This document shows, one piece after another, positions 38,401 to 51,400 of a DNA stretch of 64,000 nucleotides. Made by a program: the position numbers and the translations under genes. The DNA is from Leptogorgia sarmentosa (taxonomy: Eukaryota), in NCBI GenBank assembly GCA_964658305.1, contig OZ210885.1, forward strand, positions 20,336,001 through 20,400,000, given 5' to 3'. The notes under the pieces are model-generated. The model was not told where the DNA came from, searched no databases, and worked only from the letters and a program-made list of their open reading frames with translations. Numbering within the stretch: position 1 is the stretch's first letter; each line of letters starts with the position of its first letter.

Positions 38401-39127
38401 GAATATCTATTTGGAGCGGGTCGCAGGTAAAAAGGAGCGGGTAATTAAAAAAGGAGCGGGTCATTTTTTTAAATTTCTATTGTTTATTAAAGCTGATAAC
38501 TACCTTTCTTTTTCTCGAAACCGAAATATTTAAATCATCCCCAAATTCGGCAGCGTACTAGTTGTGCGAATTCTTGCGAAAACGGTATATTAACCAATTG
38601 TATATTCAACTTTTGAAACTTCATAAAATATTTAGTGCAGAACAAGAATGATTATTTACAAAATACTTTTTTATTCATTCGCAATAGTGTGCCTCTAACC
38701 CAAGGGCATTGGCTTGCGTTGTAAAAGACCAAAGGTTCAAAGCGTCAAAGGAAATTCGGATCAATGAACAACCGTTGACCTTTCAATGCACTTGCGTTGG
38801 ATGTCACACTATTCCGCAAAAATAAATCTTCTTTATTAGTGCAAATACCTAATGATAAAAATTCGTGCAAATACCTTATGATAAATTGATAATACCACCA
38901 ATAATAGTTCAACTAAAAATTCGTGCAAATAACCAATGATGAATTTATAATAACGCCAATCCGGTAGAACTGAAATTCCAAAAAATAAGGTCATCTTAAA
39001 AGATAATTTAAACAAGAAGTGTATACGAGACAGAATCAGTCTCATGCACTCGTCTGGTTTTGATTGATATCTTGAATTTCAAGATGACCTTATTTTTCGG
39101 AATATGTTTTTCAGGTAGAATTGAATA

Positions 39128-39250
39128 CTGTATTTACTCGTTTGAGCGCCGCATTTGAGAGCGTGAAATATTTTTAAAGAGTGCCTCCCGGAATAGGCAC
39201 CACATCTGCAACCCTAAAAATTTGAAGGGCACTCAAACGAGTAAATAGGC
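39128..39250. repeat. Small MITE-like inverted repeat
   Basis: TATTTACTCGTTTGAGCGCC ... GGCACTCAAACGAGTAAATA. Confidence 0.5.
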
Positions 39251-40694
39251 TACTTGCAAACATCTTGTTAAACCACGAAGGCAGTTAGAGGCGAATCTCT
39301 AATGTTTTGAATTTCGTCACGTGTTACCGAGCTGTCGATAGTTATTCGATTTGGCGGTGTCAAGTTAAGCCACGGGGGTAAACGTTTTATGCACTCTGCA
39401 TTTGGGCAAAAATAGAATGTCGTCTCAATTAGTGGTCAAGGGATATTAAGTATGAAATTCTTTTGGACGGCCTCCTTTCGTTATACCATTTTTCTCGCTT
39501 CTAAAATATAGGTCAGATCGGTTTAGCCGTGTATACCAGAAATGAAGAAACAAGTATAGGCACTATAGAAGCATTGGTAATATTTTAAAAGAGAGTTCAC
39601 GAGTAATGCCCAAATCAAACGGCGTGCAAGAAATTATTGCCATTTGATTATCAAAATCACTTCCAATCATTTCCTCATCACGATAGAATTTAGTGTATAA
39701 CCTTTGCTTTATTTTTGGGTAAATTGATGAGAAGTTGTGTACATATATACCTCCTGTTCCTTGGAACTACTTGATTCACCAGCTTTATTGTTTTCATCGT
39801 CTGAATGATCTGATATTGCTATAACATCGTGCAGCACTTGTGTGTGCGAGGGTGTGTCCACACTTGCCTGGTTATATAGTGTACACATTTAAATTAGAAT
39901 TAACACAAAAGTAACATATAGACTTGTGCGGCCATGAATTGAATAGTAAAGTAACAGGGAACGAAAATAGGGATAGTGTAAAACACAGCACATGCAAAAC
40001 TTATTTCATCCCATCTATTGAATTTTGCATTTAGCTAACACGATCACTTCTGATTTTCCATTAGAAACATTTTCTTGTACTTGCAAGTGTTGCATGTACT
40101 GTAATATGGATGCATATCATACCTGGGAAATATTTTTATTCTTTTCCACAGACAAATCAAACTTCCTACCACAGAAAACGCTAACACCAGGGTTATAAAT
40201 GTCATCTCCCTGTGGCCAGTCATCAACTAATATTGTTCTGGATCTCCCTTTTTTCGTTTGAACAGTAGCCTAAAAACATTTGCAAAACAGACCTTAATGG
40301 GTGGACCTGGGCTAATCTAAAAGGGTTGACATTTTGCTAGAGGGTGTGGCACTATGATAGGGTCTGTCACAGGGGTATGTGTGAGGTCTAAAGTAGGTAC
40401 AGTAATAATAGGTAAGTAAAGTACGTACTAGGTAAAGGTCATAATTAAAAAATAACCTTGTAAACACTTTGATAGCCATGCTTGTATGTTGGTAGTGGTG
40501 CTACGTATGTACCCACATGCGAATTTCAAGTGAAGACTACATACCATTCATACTATAAACAATTTAGCAGTAATGCTGCAAAGAATACTATATTTCTCCT
40601 CATACAAAAGTACATGCAAAAGTTACGAATGGCTAAATGGCCACATTTACGTTCTAAGTCATGAACAATCTCAGAAGTACAGCAAGTCCAAATA

Positions 40695-41849
40695 TTGATA
40701 ATAAAAATGTTTCATGCAGATAGGCATGGTATTCATGCGCATTTGCCCAGCACGGGAGGAAGACCTGCATATAATATCTCCAAGGTACAAATCGAACAGT
40801 TGAGGGAAACAGCATTAAAGTGGTGTAGTATTGCAGAACTTTTGGGTGTGTCCGAGCGAACGCTACAAAGACAACGAATAGAATTTGGAATTGAACCAAA
40901 TTTCTCAGAAATTTCAGATCATGAACTGGACAATCATATCAGAGAAATTCTCCAATTGACACCATACAGTGGTGAGTCATACGTTAGAGGTGGCTTGAAG
41001 GGAAGACAAGTAAATGTCCAAAGACGTAGAGTTAGAGCCAGTATTCAAAGAGTCGATCCAATTGGTAGGAGCATACGAAAGAGGTATGCAATTTGTCGCC
41101 GTGTCTACAATGTTCGTGGACCAAACCATTTGTGGCATATCGACTCGAATCATAAATTGAAATCATGGAGATTTGTGATTCACAGTTGCATTGATGGCTT
41201 TAGTAGAGCAGTTATTTACCTAAAGGGTTGCACAAACAATAGAGCTGACACTGTTCTCGGTTTGTTTGAAAATGGCATGAGGGAGTTTGGTTTACCTTCT
41301 AGAGTGCGAGGTGACCATGGTGTTGAGAATGTTGATGTTGCAAGGTACATGGTCTACAATAGAGGCACAGATAGAGGCAGTTTTATTGCTGGTAGAAGTG
41401 TCCACAATCAGCGTATTGAGCGGTTGTGGGCAGAGGTGAACAGAGTTATGACAGCACTATACAAGGATTTGTTCCAGTTTCTAGAAAGAACTGAACAGCT
41501 TGATTCCTTTAACGAGGTACATCTATTCGCCCTTCAGTATGTTTTCTTGCCTCGCATTAATGTATCTTTAGCTGAATTCCAGAGGCAGTGGAATCATCAT
41601 GTAATGAGAACAACAAATCACCAGTCACCATTAGCATTATGGCACACTAACATGATAACGGCTCCTGACGATTCTAGTGTTATTAACTGGGAATCCTATG
41701 GAATTGACTACAGCACTTCAGCACAACCAATTCAAACAAACAACAATATTGTGATCCCAAATTCAGATATTGAACTCACTGAAGCACAGCTTCATTACCT
41801 GCAACAAATGGTAGACCCTTCACAAAATGATGGAAATAATGGTATATAG
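40695..41849 (+). pseudogene. DDE integrase/transposase of element D (N-terminus missing or on a lost exon; probable premature TAG near the end)
   Basis: [35 protein letters not shown]. Confidence 0.88.
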
Positions 41850-42274
41850 CACTTTTAATACAGTGGACATTGTTGCTGTTTTCATGGGTGATGAAACAGT
41901 AGACATTTGACTGACTTGTATTATTAAAAAGTATAGCTGGCCAAAGATCTGGGTAATAGATTTGGTAGTCAATGTTCATACCCATTATATGTTGTAATCT
42001 ATTTTGTCAAAACAATGTAATAACACAACAAAAAATCTATATAGTTATCCGCTAAACAATGTGAAACTGTGGTAATGTTTGTCTTGGTTCTTGGCAGTAT
42101 TAACATTTATATGTACTGTTGCATTAAAAATTGTTACATTACACAAAAATGCCAATAAATGTTTAGCCATCATGATGGTAAAATCCCTGTAAAAAACAAG
42201 GGGTGTATAATCCACTGATCTGTGCAACTTAAACCATACCAAATCTGAACAAGTTATCAACTAGTAAGTACATT

Positions 42275-45200
42275 TCAAACAATGTCAAATGACCATGACT
42301 GATACCCCCTAATAATATTTAGGAATTTTTCCGAAAGAGCCAAATACGATTCGTACGTTGAAGGTAGCTCTATCAAAGGTGCACATGTGCGGGCTATGGG
42401 CCGCCTTTCTAAACCAGTCATGGTATTGAAAGTAATGGAGATTGATTCACATGTGATGATGTCACTTCCTGTGCAAAAATGCAAAACTTTCCCAATGTAT
42501 GGCCCTCCAGGAATTTGACAAATAGCTTCAGATGGGCAAGACTTTCTCTTTCAGCATCATTGGAAGGTTCTGCTTGAAATAGCTTGATAATTTTTTTCGA
42601 AGAAGGAACTTTGCTTTTGTAGAACTCTTTGAGACCATCAAAGGTCCAGAATTCTGGATGACCTTGTAACAAATGCAATATAGGCGCCCAACAGTTGACA
42701 ATGTATCTCGGTTTCTGTATCAGCTCTTGGTGCACTAACTCATGGATAATTTCTTGTATGTTTTCTTGTGATGGTAGTTTGAAACACTTCAAAGAAGACA
42801 GAAACTCGATGACATGTGTAGCATCTTTATCAAAGGTATCACCAAGACACTGATCTAGAACATCTTGATCTTCACATGGAATGTACTCTTTAAACGATGA
42901 AAGTAGAAATTCCAACGTGATGCATTCTTCCCCAAACAAGCATGATGCAATAAAAAGACAAGAAAGTTGGAGTGGGAAATAGCCATACTTTTGGTACCCA
43001 TAGACAAGGATCCGTGCAATAGCTTGCCACTCACGTTTCTGCATATCATGCCTAATGAATGGTGTTTTCTCCTTTCTTCCTACGGTTAATGATATGTAAG
43101 AATTGTTCCAAAAATGGGTCAAAATATCTAATACAACACCTCTCCCCTTGCCTTTCTCCGGTTCACCACGTGCATCAACCACATCAAGGTAACAGTTTAA
43201 AATACTTGGGTCAGTAAATATTTCAGGTAGATCTTTACGAATGGTGGATCGATGGACAGTGACTGTTTTGGGAAGCATTGGAGTGTACATTGATATTAAT
43301 TCCAGATCATCTACAAAATCAAACAAAGTAAATAAATTAGTTCATTTGGTAGAACTGAATTAGAATGTAATATTTTTAGTAATTCACCAAACTTCTAAAT
43401 GACAAGTAAATCATCGTCAATTGCCCATACAAATTAATAAGTTGTTTGTAGACATCAACAGATCCCAGGCCATTTTCCACTTATTGCAGAAATGACATTG
43501 CAAGCAAGTGTTTTTATCCAATCATATTGCTCAAAATTTGTTTTAATTAGATGTGAACACTCACAGCAGACTAGCCATTTGGTTTTGGATGAGTGAGCAT
43601 ATTTAAGGATATTCAAAACTTCAAGGATACTGAAATCATACCTTCACCCATGTCAGACAAAACCTGAGCCGTTTCCTGATGTGGGCTATCAATCTGAGCA
43701 GGTTGGGTGTTACCATTGGCACTAGGGTCGTTGGAGTAGAAATTTGCTGAAAGGGGTTGAATGGTGGCTTCCACTGGCATAGGATTGTTGATATTTGTCA
43801 CAAGGGGTTGTGTATCAACATTAGCTGGAAGGTGGTCGGAGTTGACATCTGTTGAACAGGGGTTGGTGGTTGAATTCATTGGATTAAGTCGGATGTTGAC
43901 GTTAGCATGTGAGTGTTGGGAGTTGGTAGAGGTCTGGACGGTAACACTGGAAGCAGTGTTAACATTGCTTTGGTCAGTTTGGTGATCCAGGAAACACTCC
44001 TATTTCTTCTTCTTCTTGTACCAGGTTGGAGGGGGGATTTGATAACTCATTGGTTTGCTAAGGATAATAAATGTATATACACAATACCTCATTAAAAATT
44101 CACCACAAATATTAAAACAGGATAAATGCTCAATATCTTACTTGGGCAAAATTTAATGATAGTTTTAGAAATAATTGTAATATATTTTCTAGGGAGAATT
44201 GCATGAATGCAAGGTTGTCAATGGCAATATTCTGGCAGTATTCAGGAAGTAAATGTTTTTTTCTCAGAATATAAGTGATACTACAGGGTGTATCAAAAAA
44301 AAGTTTACTGATGAAAAACATTCTCTAAACTAACGAGCGCTCAAAATTTCCAAAAACTTTCGGCTAGCAATGTAGTTTAACACCCTCTGGTATATCTACC
44401 ACTAAGTTTATTTTAAAAACAAACTATTTTAAAAACAAACTTTTTTAGAATGAGAAATGTGGTTACTGAAAGGCCAATTAAAAACAGCTTGCACGGAAAA
44501 AAGAAGTTTTCTTCACACAATTTGATTTAATCGGATGAAAATATGGAGTATGATATACAAGCTATTCAAGTTTTGAGAAATTTGGTGCACGCTGAGACGA
44601 ACGTGCGATGTCCAAAAACTGGATTTTGCGTTCTTTCCTGCGTGATCCCAGATTAATTTATGCATAATTAGATATTTGCATTAATTACCAATGCAAATTG
44701 CAAGCTAATTCCCAAAGGTCCGTAATTACGCGAAGAAATTGCGGAAAATCCAGTTTTCGGACATCGCACGTTCGTCTCAGCGTGCACCAAATTTCTCAAA
44801 ACTTGAATAGCTTGTATATCATACTCCATATTTTCATCCGATGAAATCAAATTGTGTGAAGAAAACTTATTTTTTCCGCGCAAGCCGTTTTTGATTGGCC
44901 TTTCAGTAACCACATTTCCCATTCTAAAAAGGTTTGTTTTTAAAATAAACTTAGTGCTAGATATACCAGAGAATGTTAAACTACCCACACTAACTGAAAG
45001 ATTTTGGAAATTTTGAGCGCTCGTTAGTTTGAAGAATGTTTTTCATCAGTAAACTCTTTTTTGATACACCCTGTATAATAATCACAGTGCTTCTCTCTAC
45101 AAGAAGTCTTACAACATTTATTTATATAAAATACCTGTGACCCAATTTCATATGATGCAAGTTCAAAGAGTTGTTGATTTGGGCGAATATAAACGGGCTT

Positions 45201-45811
45201 GTTTCTATAAAGTTGTTGTAGCAAGGCACCACCTATACCATGTTGGCCAGGTGCCAATGTTGGGACCACCAAACTTGAATGAACGGAAATTAGTAACTCA
45301 ATATCCACACCGGGTGGAATTTTACCGTCAAAAGCCTCGATTATCGTTCTTTCGACTTCTATCATCGACTGACCTCTTGTAAATGTGCACCCTGAAATAA
45401 CGTGCCCCCTTTCATTTAGAGCAAGACGTGCTCCTTGCCGGGGTACGACGTGAGCGTCTGGACTGTTCAGTAAAACCAAATCTCGCATAAAAGGCTTGTT
45501 ATTGCTAGCGTTTGCCTTTTGTTTTCCCTCGTTGCGAGCTGAGTCAAAAAATTTTGTATAACTGAATAAGGTCTATATCTATTATTTGTCGGTTCATTTG
45601 ACGATCTTGAGGTGAAGGGTCTTGAAGTAGATGGTCCACCTGAGTTTGTGCTTCTGTCTCTACTTGTAAAAGTACATCTCACTACTGACTCGATGTCGTC
45701 TTGGTTCAGTCGCCGTGATATCGCATCAGACAGTTCGCCATTCCTTGAAAACAGCTGCCTTATGACATCATTTGATTCGAGATTTTGCTGTTCATGATTC
45801 CTGTCTACCAT
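42275..45811 (-). pseudogene. HECT E3 ubiquitin ligase cargo gene of element D (3 predicted exons, frameshifts)
   Basis: Exons ~45811-45136, ~44016-43641, ~43310-42275; MRDLVLL..VPRQG..EAFDGKIP..YIRP; EKGKGRGV..FW; RPIARTCAPLIELP..WSFDIV*. Confidence 0.85.
44284..45073. mobile_element. Foldback Tc1/mariner-type MITE (family 1) in the HECT-D intron
   Basis: CAGGGTGTATCAAAAAA ends, TA on both sides, inverted arms ~350 bp. Confidence 0.88.
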
Positions 45812-45969
45812 ATTTCCATATATAAATATTTAAATCAGTTTTTTGACAATTTTATTGCGACCGAAAGCACCACTGACAAGCACTGAAGCACATGGAAATA
45901 AGCACATGGAAATATAATATCATATTCCACACACGACAACAGACGGTATATTCCAATGGTTTCCGACCA

Positions 45970-46475
45970 TTCGAAGAAGGAACTTTGCTTTTGTAGAACT
46001 CTCTGAGACCATCAAAGGTCCGGAATTCTGGATGACCTTGTAACAAATGCAATATAGGCGCCCAACAGTTGACAATGTATCTCGGTTTCTGTATCAGCTC
46101 TTGGTGCACTAACTCATGGATAATTTCTTCCACCTGAGTTTGTGCTTCTGTCTCTACTTGTAAAAGTACATCTCACTACTGACTCGATGTTGTCTTGGTT
46201 CGGTCGCCGTGATATCGCATCAGACAGTTCGCCATTCCTTGAAAACAGCTGCCTTATGACATCATTTGATTCGAGATTTTGCTGTTCATGATTCCTGTCT
46301 ACCATATTTCCATATATAAATATTTAAATCAGTTTTTTGACAATTTTATTGCGACCGAAAGCACCACTGACAAGCACTGAAGCACATGGAAATAAGCACA
46401 TGGAAATATAAACATGTCATAATATCATATTCCACACACGACAACAGACGGTATATTCCGATGGTTTCCGACCAT
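45970..46475. repeat. Internally deleted duplicate of the HECT-D gene
   Basis: 45970-46129 copies 42596-42755; 46129-46475 copies 45635-45970. Confidence 0.88.
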
Positions 46476-48411
46476 GTACTGCCGCTGACCAAAAATACAG
46501 ACGAAAATCTCAACTATCATTTACATTTTCTTGACTATCGCATACAGCAGCTAAGTTCTCGAATAATGGATACATTTCTCGACTATTAGTAACAATTCTC
46601 GAATATCGCTTATACATGTCTCAGCTATAGTATATATTTCTCATACATTGTATGCAGTTCTCGACTATTGCTTACAGTTCTCGATATACTTTTGTCCAGT
46701 TTGGCTTGCCATATAGTATACTATAATACAGGGACATAGGAAACGGGGGGGCCAAGGGGACCAAGGCCCCCCCCCCCAACTTTAAAAATCACACAAAAAT
46801 GTCCTTTTTCTTTGAGGTAAAGTGTCCTTTTTCTTTGTGGAAACGTTTTTTAAATGAGCTGTAAGTTGAGAAAAGTGCCCATCAATAAAATTAACAGTTC
46901 TATGGCAATGAAACGATTTAATTCAACTCAAAGTTAAAATAAAAAAATAGCAAACTCATACTCGCCGCGCTGAATTATGCTACCGGAATTAACAACAATA
47001 CGATGACTCAATTCGATATAATCTCCCTACATGAAAATTTTATCTCGTTATGAATTTTCCTAATTTGAATTTTAAAATTTATGGATATTGCAGAAAGATA
47101 TAAAAGATATCAGTTTAACATATTTTGCACAGGTATGCATTCTTTACACATTCTATTCTTGTAACTTTATCACATATTCACAGTATAACAAATAAGAATA
47201 ATGAAAATATGAAATAGTTATATCCATGCATGTATAATGCATGCATTAATTGGCTGAAGGTACTTTTACACACAGCGATTTTTCGGGCGGATTTTCCTCG
47301 CTGTAGGTGAAGAGTAAGGATTAGGTCATTAGGATCCTTACTCTTTGCTGTAGGATAAAGCAGATCATCTTCAGATAAATGAAGATTTCATTGGGATGTA
47401 TTTGATTAAAAAACCGGACGCCGAAACGATAGCAGCATCTCTCAAGGATATACTGTTAAGATGCAACCTGATGCTTGATGATTGTAGATGGCAAGCTTAT
47501 GATAGGGCTTCTACAATGAGCGGCCATTTAAGTGGCGTTGGAGCCAGACTGCAAGCGGAGAACCCCATAACTTATCGAATCCACTGTGCAAACCACCGTT
47601 TGGATTTGGTTTTGAAGGCCTGCGCAAACGAGAGCAAGCTTATCGGTGATGTCCTTAGCCTTGTCCAAGACTTGGCCGTTTTCATCAGGCAGTCCCCAGT
47701 CCGTATGTCTGTGTATGAGGATATTGCCAAAGAATGTCGGGCCAGCGACGAAGGAAACTCTGTTGGGGCCGAAAATCTCCATCTTCTTTGCCCAACTAGA
47801 TGGACTGTACGAACTGGTGCGATAAAAGCAGTCTTGGACAATTATCAAGGTATATATGAAACCCTATGTAACATTTCAGGAACTGGATCAACGAGAGATG
47901 GCCGTGACAAGGCAGCAGGCATAGCCGAAAAGATGAAGCGGTTTGCCACATTTCTCGGGCTGCATTTCGCAATGAATCTTTTCAGCGTTTGTGAACAACT
48001 GGCTTGCACCATTCAAACAAAGGGAATCTTAGCGGAAACAGTGATGAATGGAGTAAAAGCCCTGAAAGGTGCTTTGCAACGGCAAAGAAATGACTACTCC
48101 TCTTTTTTCCACAAGACAAAAGATTTGGCCTCTGGTATGCTCATGATGGAAGTGCCCGTTCTTCCACGTAAAAAAAAAGTGCCTCGACGTCAAGATGATG
48201 GTTCCGCTGCCCATCACCAGTTTAACTCTGTCGAAGATATGCACAGTGCCCAGTATTTTGTGGCCATTGACACTTGCTTAATCGTCGTTTTCATGAAGAG
48301 TCATATGCACCACTTCAGCAGTTTGAGAGTGCAATCATAAATGCTGCTAACAGTCTTAGTTTCGAACTGAGCGAAAACTTTCGGAAATCGTATGAGAAAG
48401 ATGTGAGTTTT

Positions 48412-51400
48412 TGTATTGTATTGTATTGTAAACTTTATTTTAAGAAGGTAACATTTGACAGTATATGAATTACTGATAACTCCATGGCCCTCTATATATC
48501 TAAACATATAAAATTTATATACACGAATAGCATTAGTTAACTAAATTAAAGATATTACATCATATATATTACAATCGTATACAGTAAAAACTGTTGGAGT
48601 AAACTAGCGTTCTATATTACTGGCGGCTTTCTGTTCATTTAATAACTGGCTATATAAGTCTTTCTTAAAATTAGACACTGTCCGTATTTTTCTCATATTG
48701 AGATTAATTTTGTTCCAGTCGGTTACAGTTCTCACAGCGAAAGTCCTTCCCCCTTCAGTTTTTCGCTTGAATTTAGGACATAGCATATTAAAATTTGAAT
48801 ATCTGGTATTTCTTTCATGGATGTCAGAGTTTCTTACTAAAGATGAATCCAAATAATCTGGAGTATAATAAGAAGTATTCACACGTTTAAAAGCTACAAT
48901 GGTTCTCTTAATCATAGATTGTTTTGTAAATGGTAGCCAGTTTAAGGTATTAAAAAGATAAATAGATGGCGTTGTTCTCTCAGAATCAAGGATAATTCTA
49001 GCCGCTCTTTTCTGAAGTCTAAGTACTTTTTGAAAACATTCAGCGCTACAGCAATCCCAAACAACACTTCCGTACATTAGTGTAGGCTTGATGACAGCAT
49101 TATAATATAGTTCTCTTTGTCGTTTTTTGAGATATGGGCTGATGTGCTTGAGTAGACCAAGTCGCTTTGACAACTGCTTGCATAAGTGATCGATGTGGGC
49201 TTCGTAAGTTAAACTTTTGTCAAGAGTTACACCCAGCAGCTTTTGGCAGGAAACTTGGTCTATTTGAGTGTTACCCAGTTTGACAGCTAAAGCTAAATTT
49301 TCGTTGTCATTTTCTAATATTTTCTTCTCGAGACGCTTGCCAGTTACCAATAATGACTTCGTTTTGTCGGTGTTTATAATCATCCTATTTCGAGTCGACC
49401 ATTCACTAATTTTATCAAGATCATTATTGATGTCTTGAACCACAGTTGGAATATCAGTCCAATGCGCACTCGCTGACAGTGTTGTGTCATCTGCAAAAAT
49501 GTCAATTGATGTACGAGTTAAGTGTAATGGTAGATCATTCACAAACAACAGAAACAGTACAGGCCCCAGAACCGATCCCTGGGGTACGCCTTGCTTGATG
49601 GGTAAACAATCGGACCGTTGTCTTTCAATGGTAACAAACTGAGATCTGTTAGTCACATACGACGTAAACCAAGATAGTGCTGAATCACTAACTCTGTAAA
49701 GCTTTAGCTTGGTTAATAAAAGTTGATGGTCCACAACATCGAAAGCTTTTCTAAAATCAACGAAAATCATTGCGGTGACCTCGTCATTATCCATGTTGAA
49801 AAGGATTTGGTCTGTTAATTTGATCAACGCTGATTCAGTAGAGTAACCTTTATGGAAGGCGGACTGTAGTTTATAAAGCAATCCATTATTTACAAGATAA
49901 CTCATAAGGGATTTAGCAACGTGTTTTTCAAGTATCTTGGATAGGATAGACAATACAGATATTGGCCTGTAATTATTTCTAAGGTCACGGGAGCCAGTCT
50001 TAAACAGAGGTGATACTCTTGCGATTTTCCATTTGCTGGGGAAAGTTCCATCAGCTATGGATAAATTTAGAAGCTTAGTCAGTGGGTGACAAAAAACCGG
50101 AGCGACTAATTTAAGTATTTTCACACTGATGCAATCAGGCCCTGTAGCTTTCGAACTTGGTAAATTATTAATCAGATCAGTTACTTCCTCAAGTGTTATG
50201 GGAGGTATGTTGAATTGAGTGATAGGATTATCAACCCTTGAGGAGATAAATTCGTCAAGTTTCTTTCCATCAAACAAGTCAGTTGAGAGTGAGTCATCGC
50301 CTATTTGTTTAATAATATTCACGAAGTAGTCATTCAGCATTTCAGCCATTTTCAACGGGTCCGTTTCCATAGTACTGTTTTCACATTTCAGCTCCACAAT
50401 CTTATTTGACTTTTGCGTTTTCGTCAAAGATTTCAACGCTTTCCAAATTCCTTTTGGGTTGCCTTTATTATTTTCAATTGTTTCCTGAAAATAGACACGC
50501 TTCGACTTTTTAATCAACTTTGTGACAAAACATCTCGTACGTTTATAATTTTCCCAATCAGCTGGTGTATTCGATTTCTGTGCCCTATTTAGTTCGTGGT
50601 CACGTTTTTTAATTGCATTTATTATATCGTCATTCATCCAGGCCGGTTGCTTTAGCTTTTTCACTCTTTTTTGTTTCAATGGAATGTGATCTTTAATTGC
50701 TTCATTCAATAATTGTTCGAGCGCTTCAAGCACATCATTAACATCATCGAACACAAAAGCAGAGTCCCATGGGGAATTTCTCAAATCCTCAAGCAAGTTT
50801 TCCAAATTCAAATGTTTGAAATCGTGATAATTTATGACTTTATGACTGGATTCCTTGATTTGTTTTGCGTATTTTCGACATACAAACACCGGCAGATGGT
50901 CAGAAAGACCAATATTTGGCACAGTAATCACAGAAATAAATTTCGGATGGGTGGTATAAACATGATCCAAACAAGTATGACTCACAGGCCTTGTTTCTAC
51001 CGAAACAAGTTGAGACATATTCATACTTTTAAGAGATTTGGCAAGGCGGTGTTTTTCATACGTTTTATCTAAACTGTTGATGTTTACATCGCCCACCAAG
51101 ATCGTTTCTTTATTCCGTAAATATGCCGTCTCGATATTTTGTTCAATCTTGGTGTCCATGCTAACATTTGTAGAAGGCGGGCGATATATAGCCCCTACCA
51201 AAATTGCCCTATTTGATTTGTGAGGATAAACAGTTAACCATAATAGTTCGACAGATTCCTCTTCAAGTTCGACATATCTGCTGACTTTAACTCGATCAGC
51301 AACATAAACCAACAAACCACCCCCGTTCTGTTGGCCAGCTCTGTCTTTTCTAAACAGAGAATAGCCGGGAATGTTTAACACAGAATCTGGTTTGGAAGGT

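Larger units (their letters stand above)
40695..46713. mobile_element. Element D: IS3EU-like transposon (integrase + HECT), left end missing
   Basis: Right TIR ...ACTTTTGTCCAGTTTGGCTTGCCATA ends at 46713; same convergent gene pair; no matching left TIR or TSD found, so the start coordinate is only the ORF limit. Confidence 0.8.

Noticed and set aside
38420..40690. Left TIR or first exon of element D
   Set aside because: No TATGGCAAGCC terminus or recognisable integrase N-terminus found; region left unannotated.
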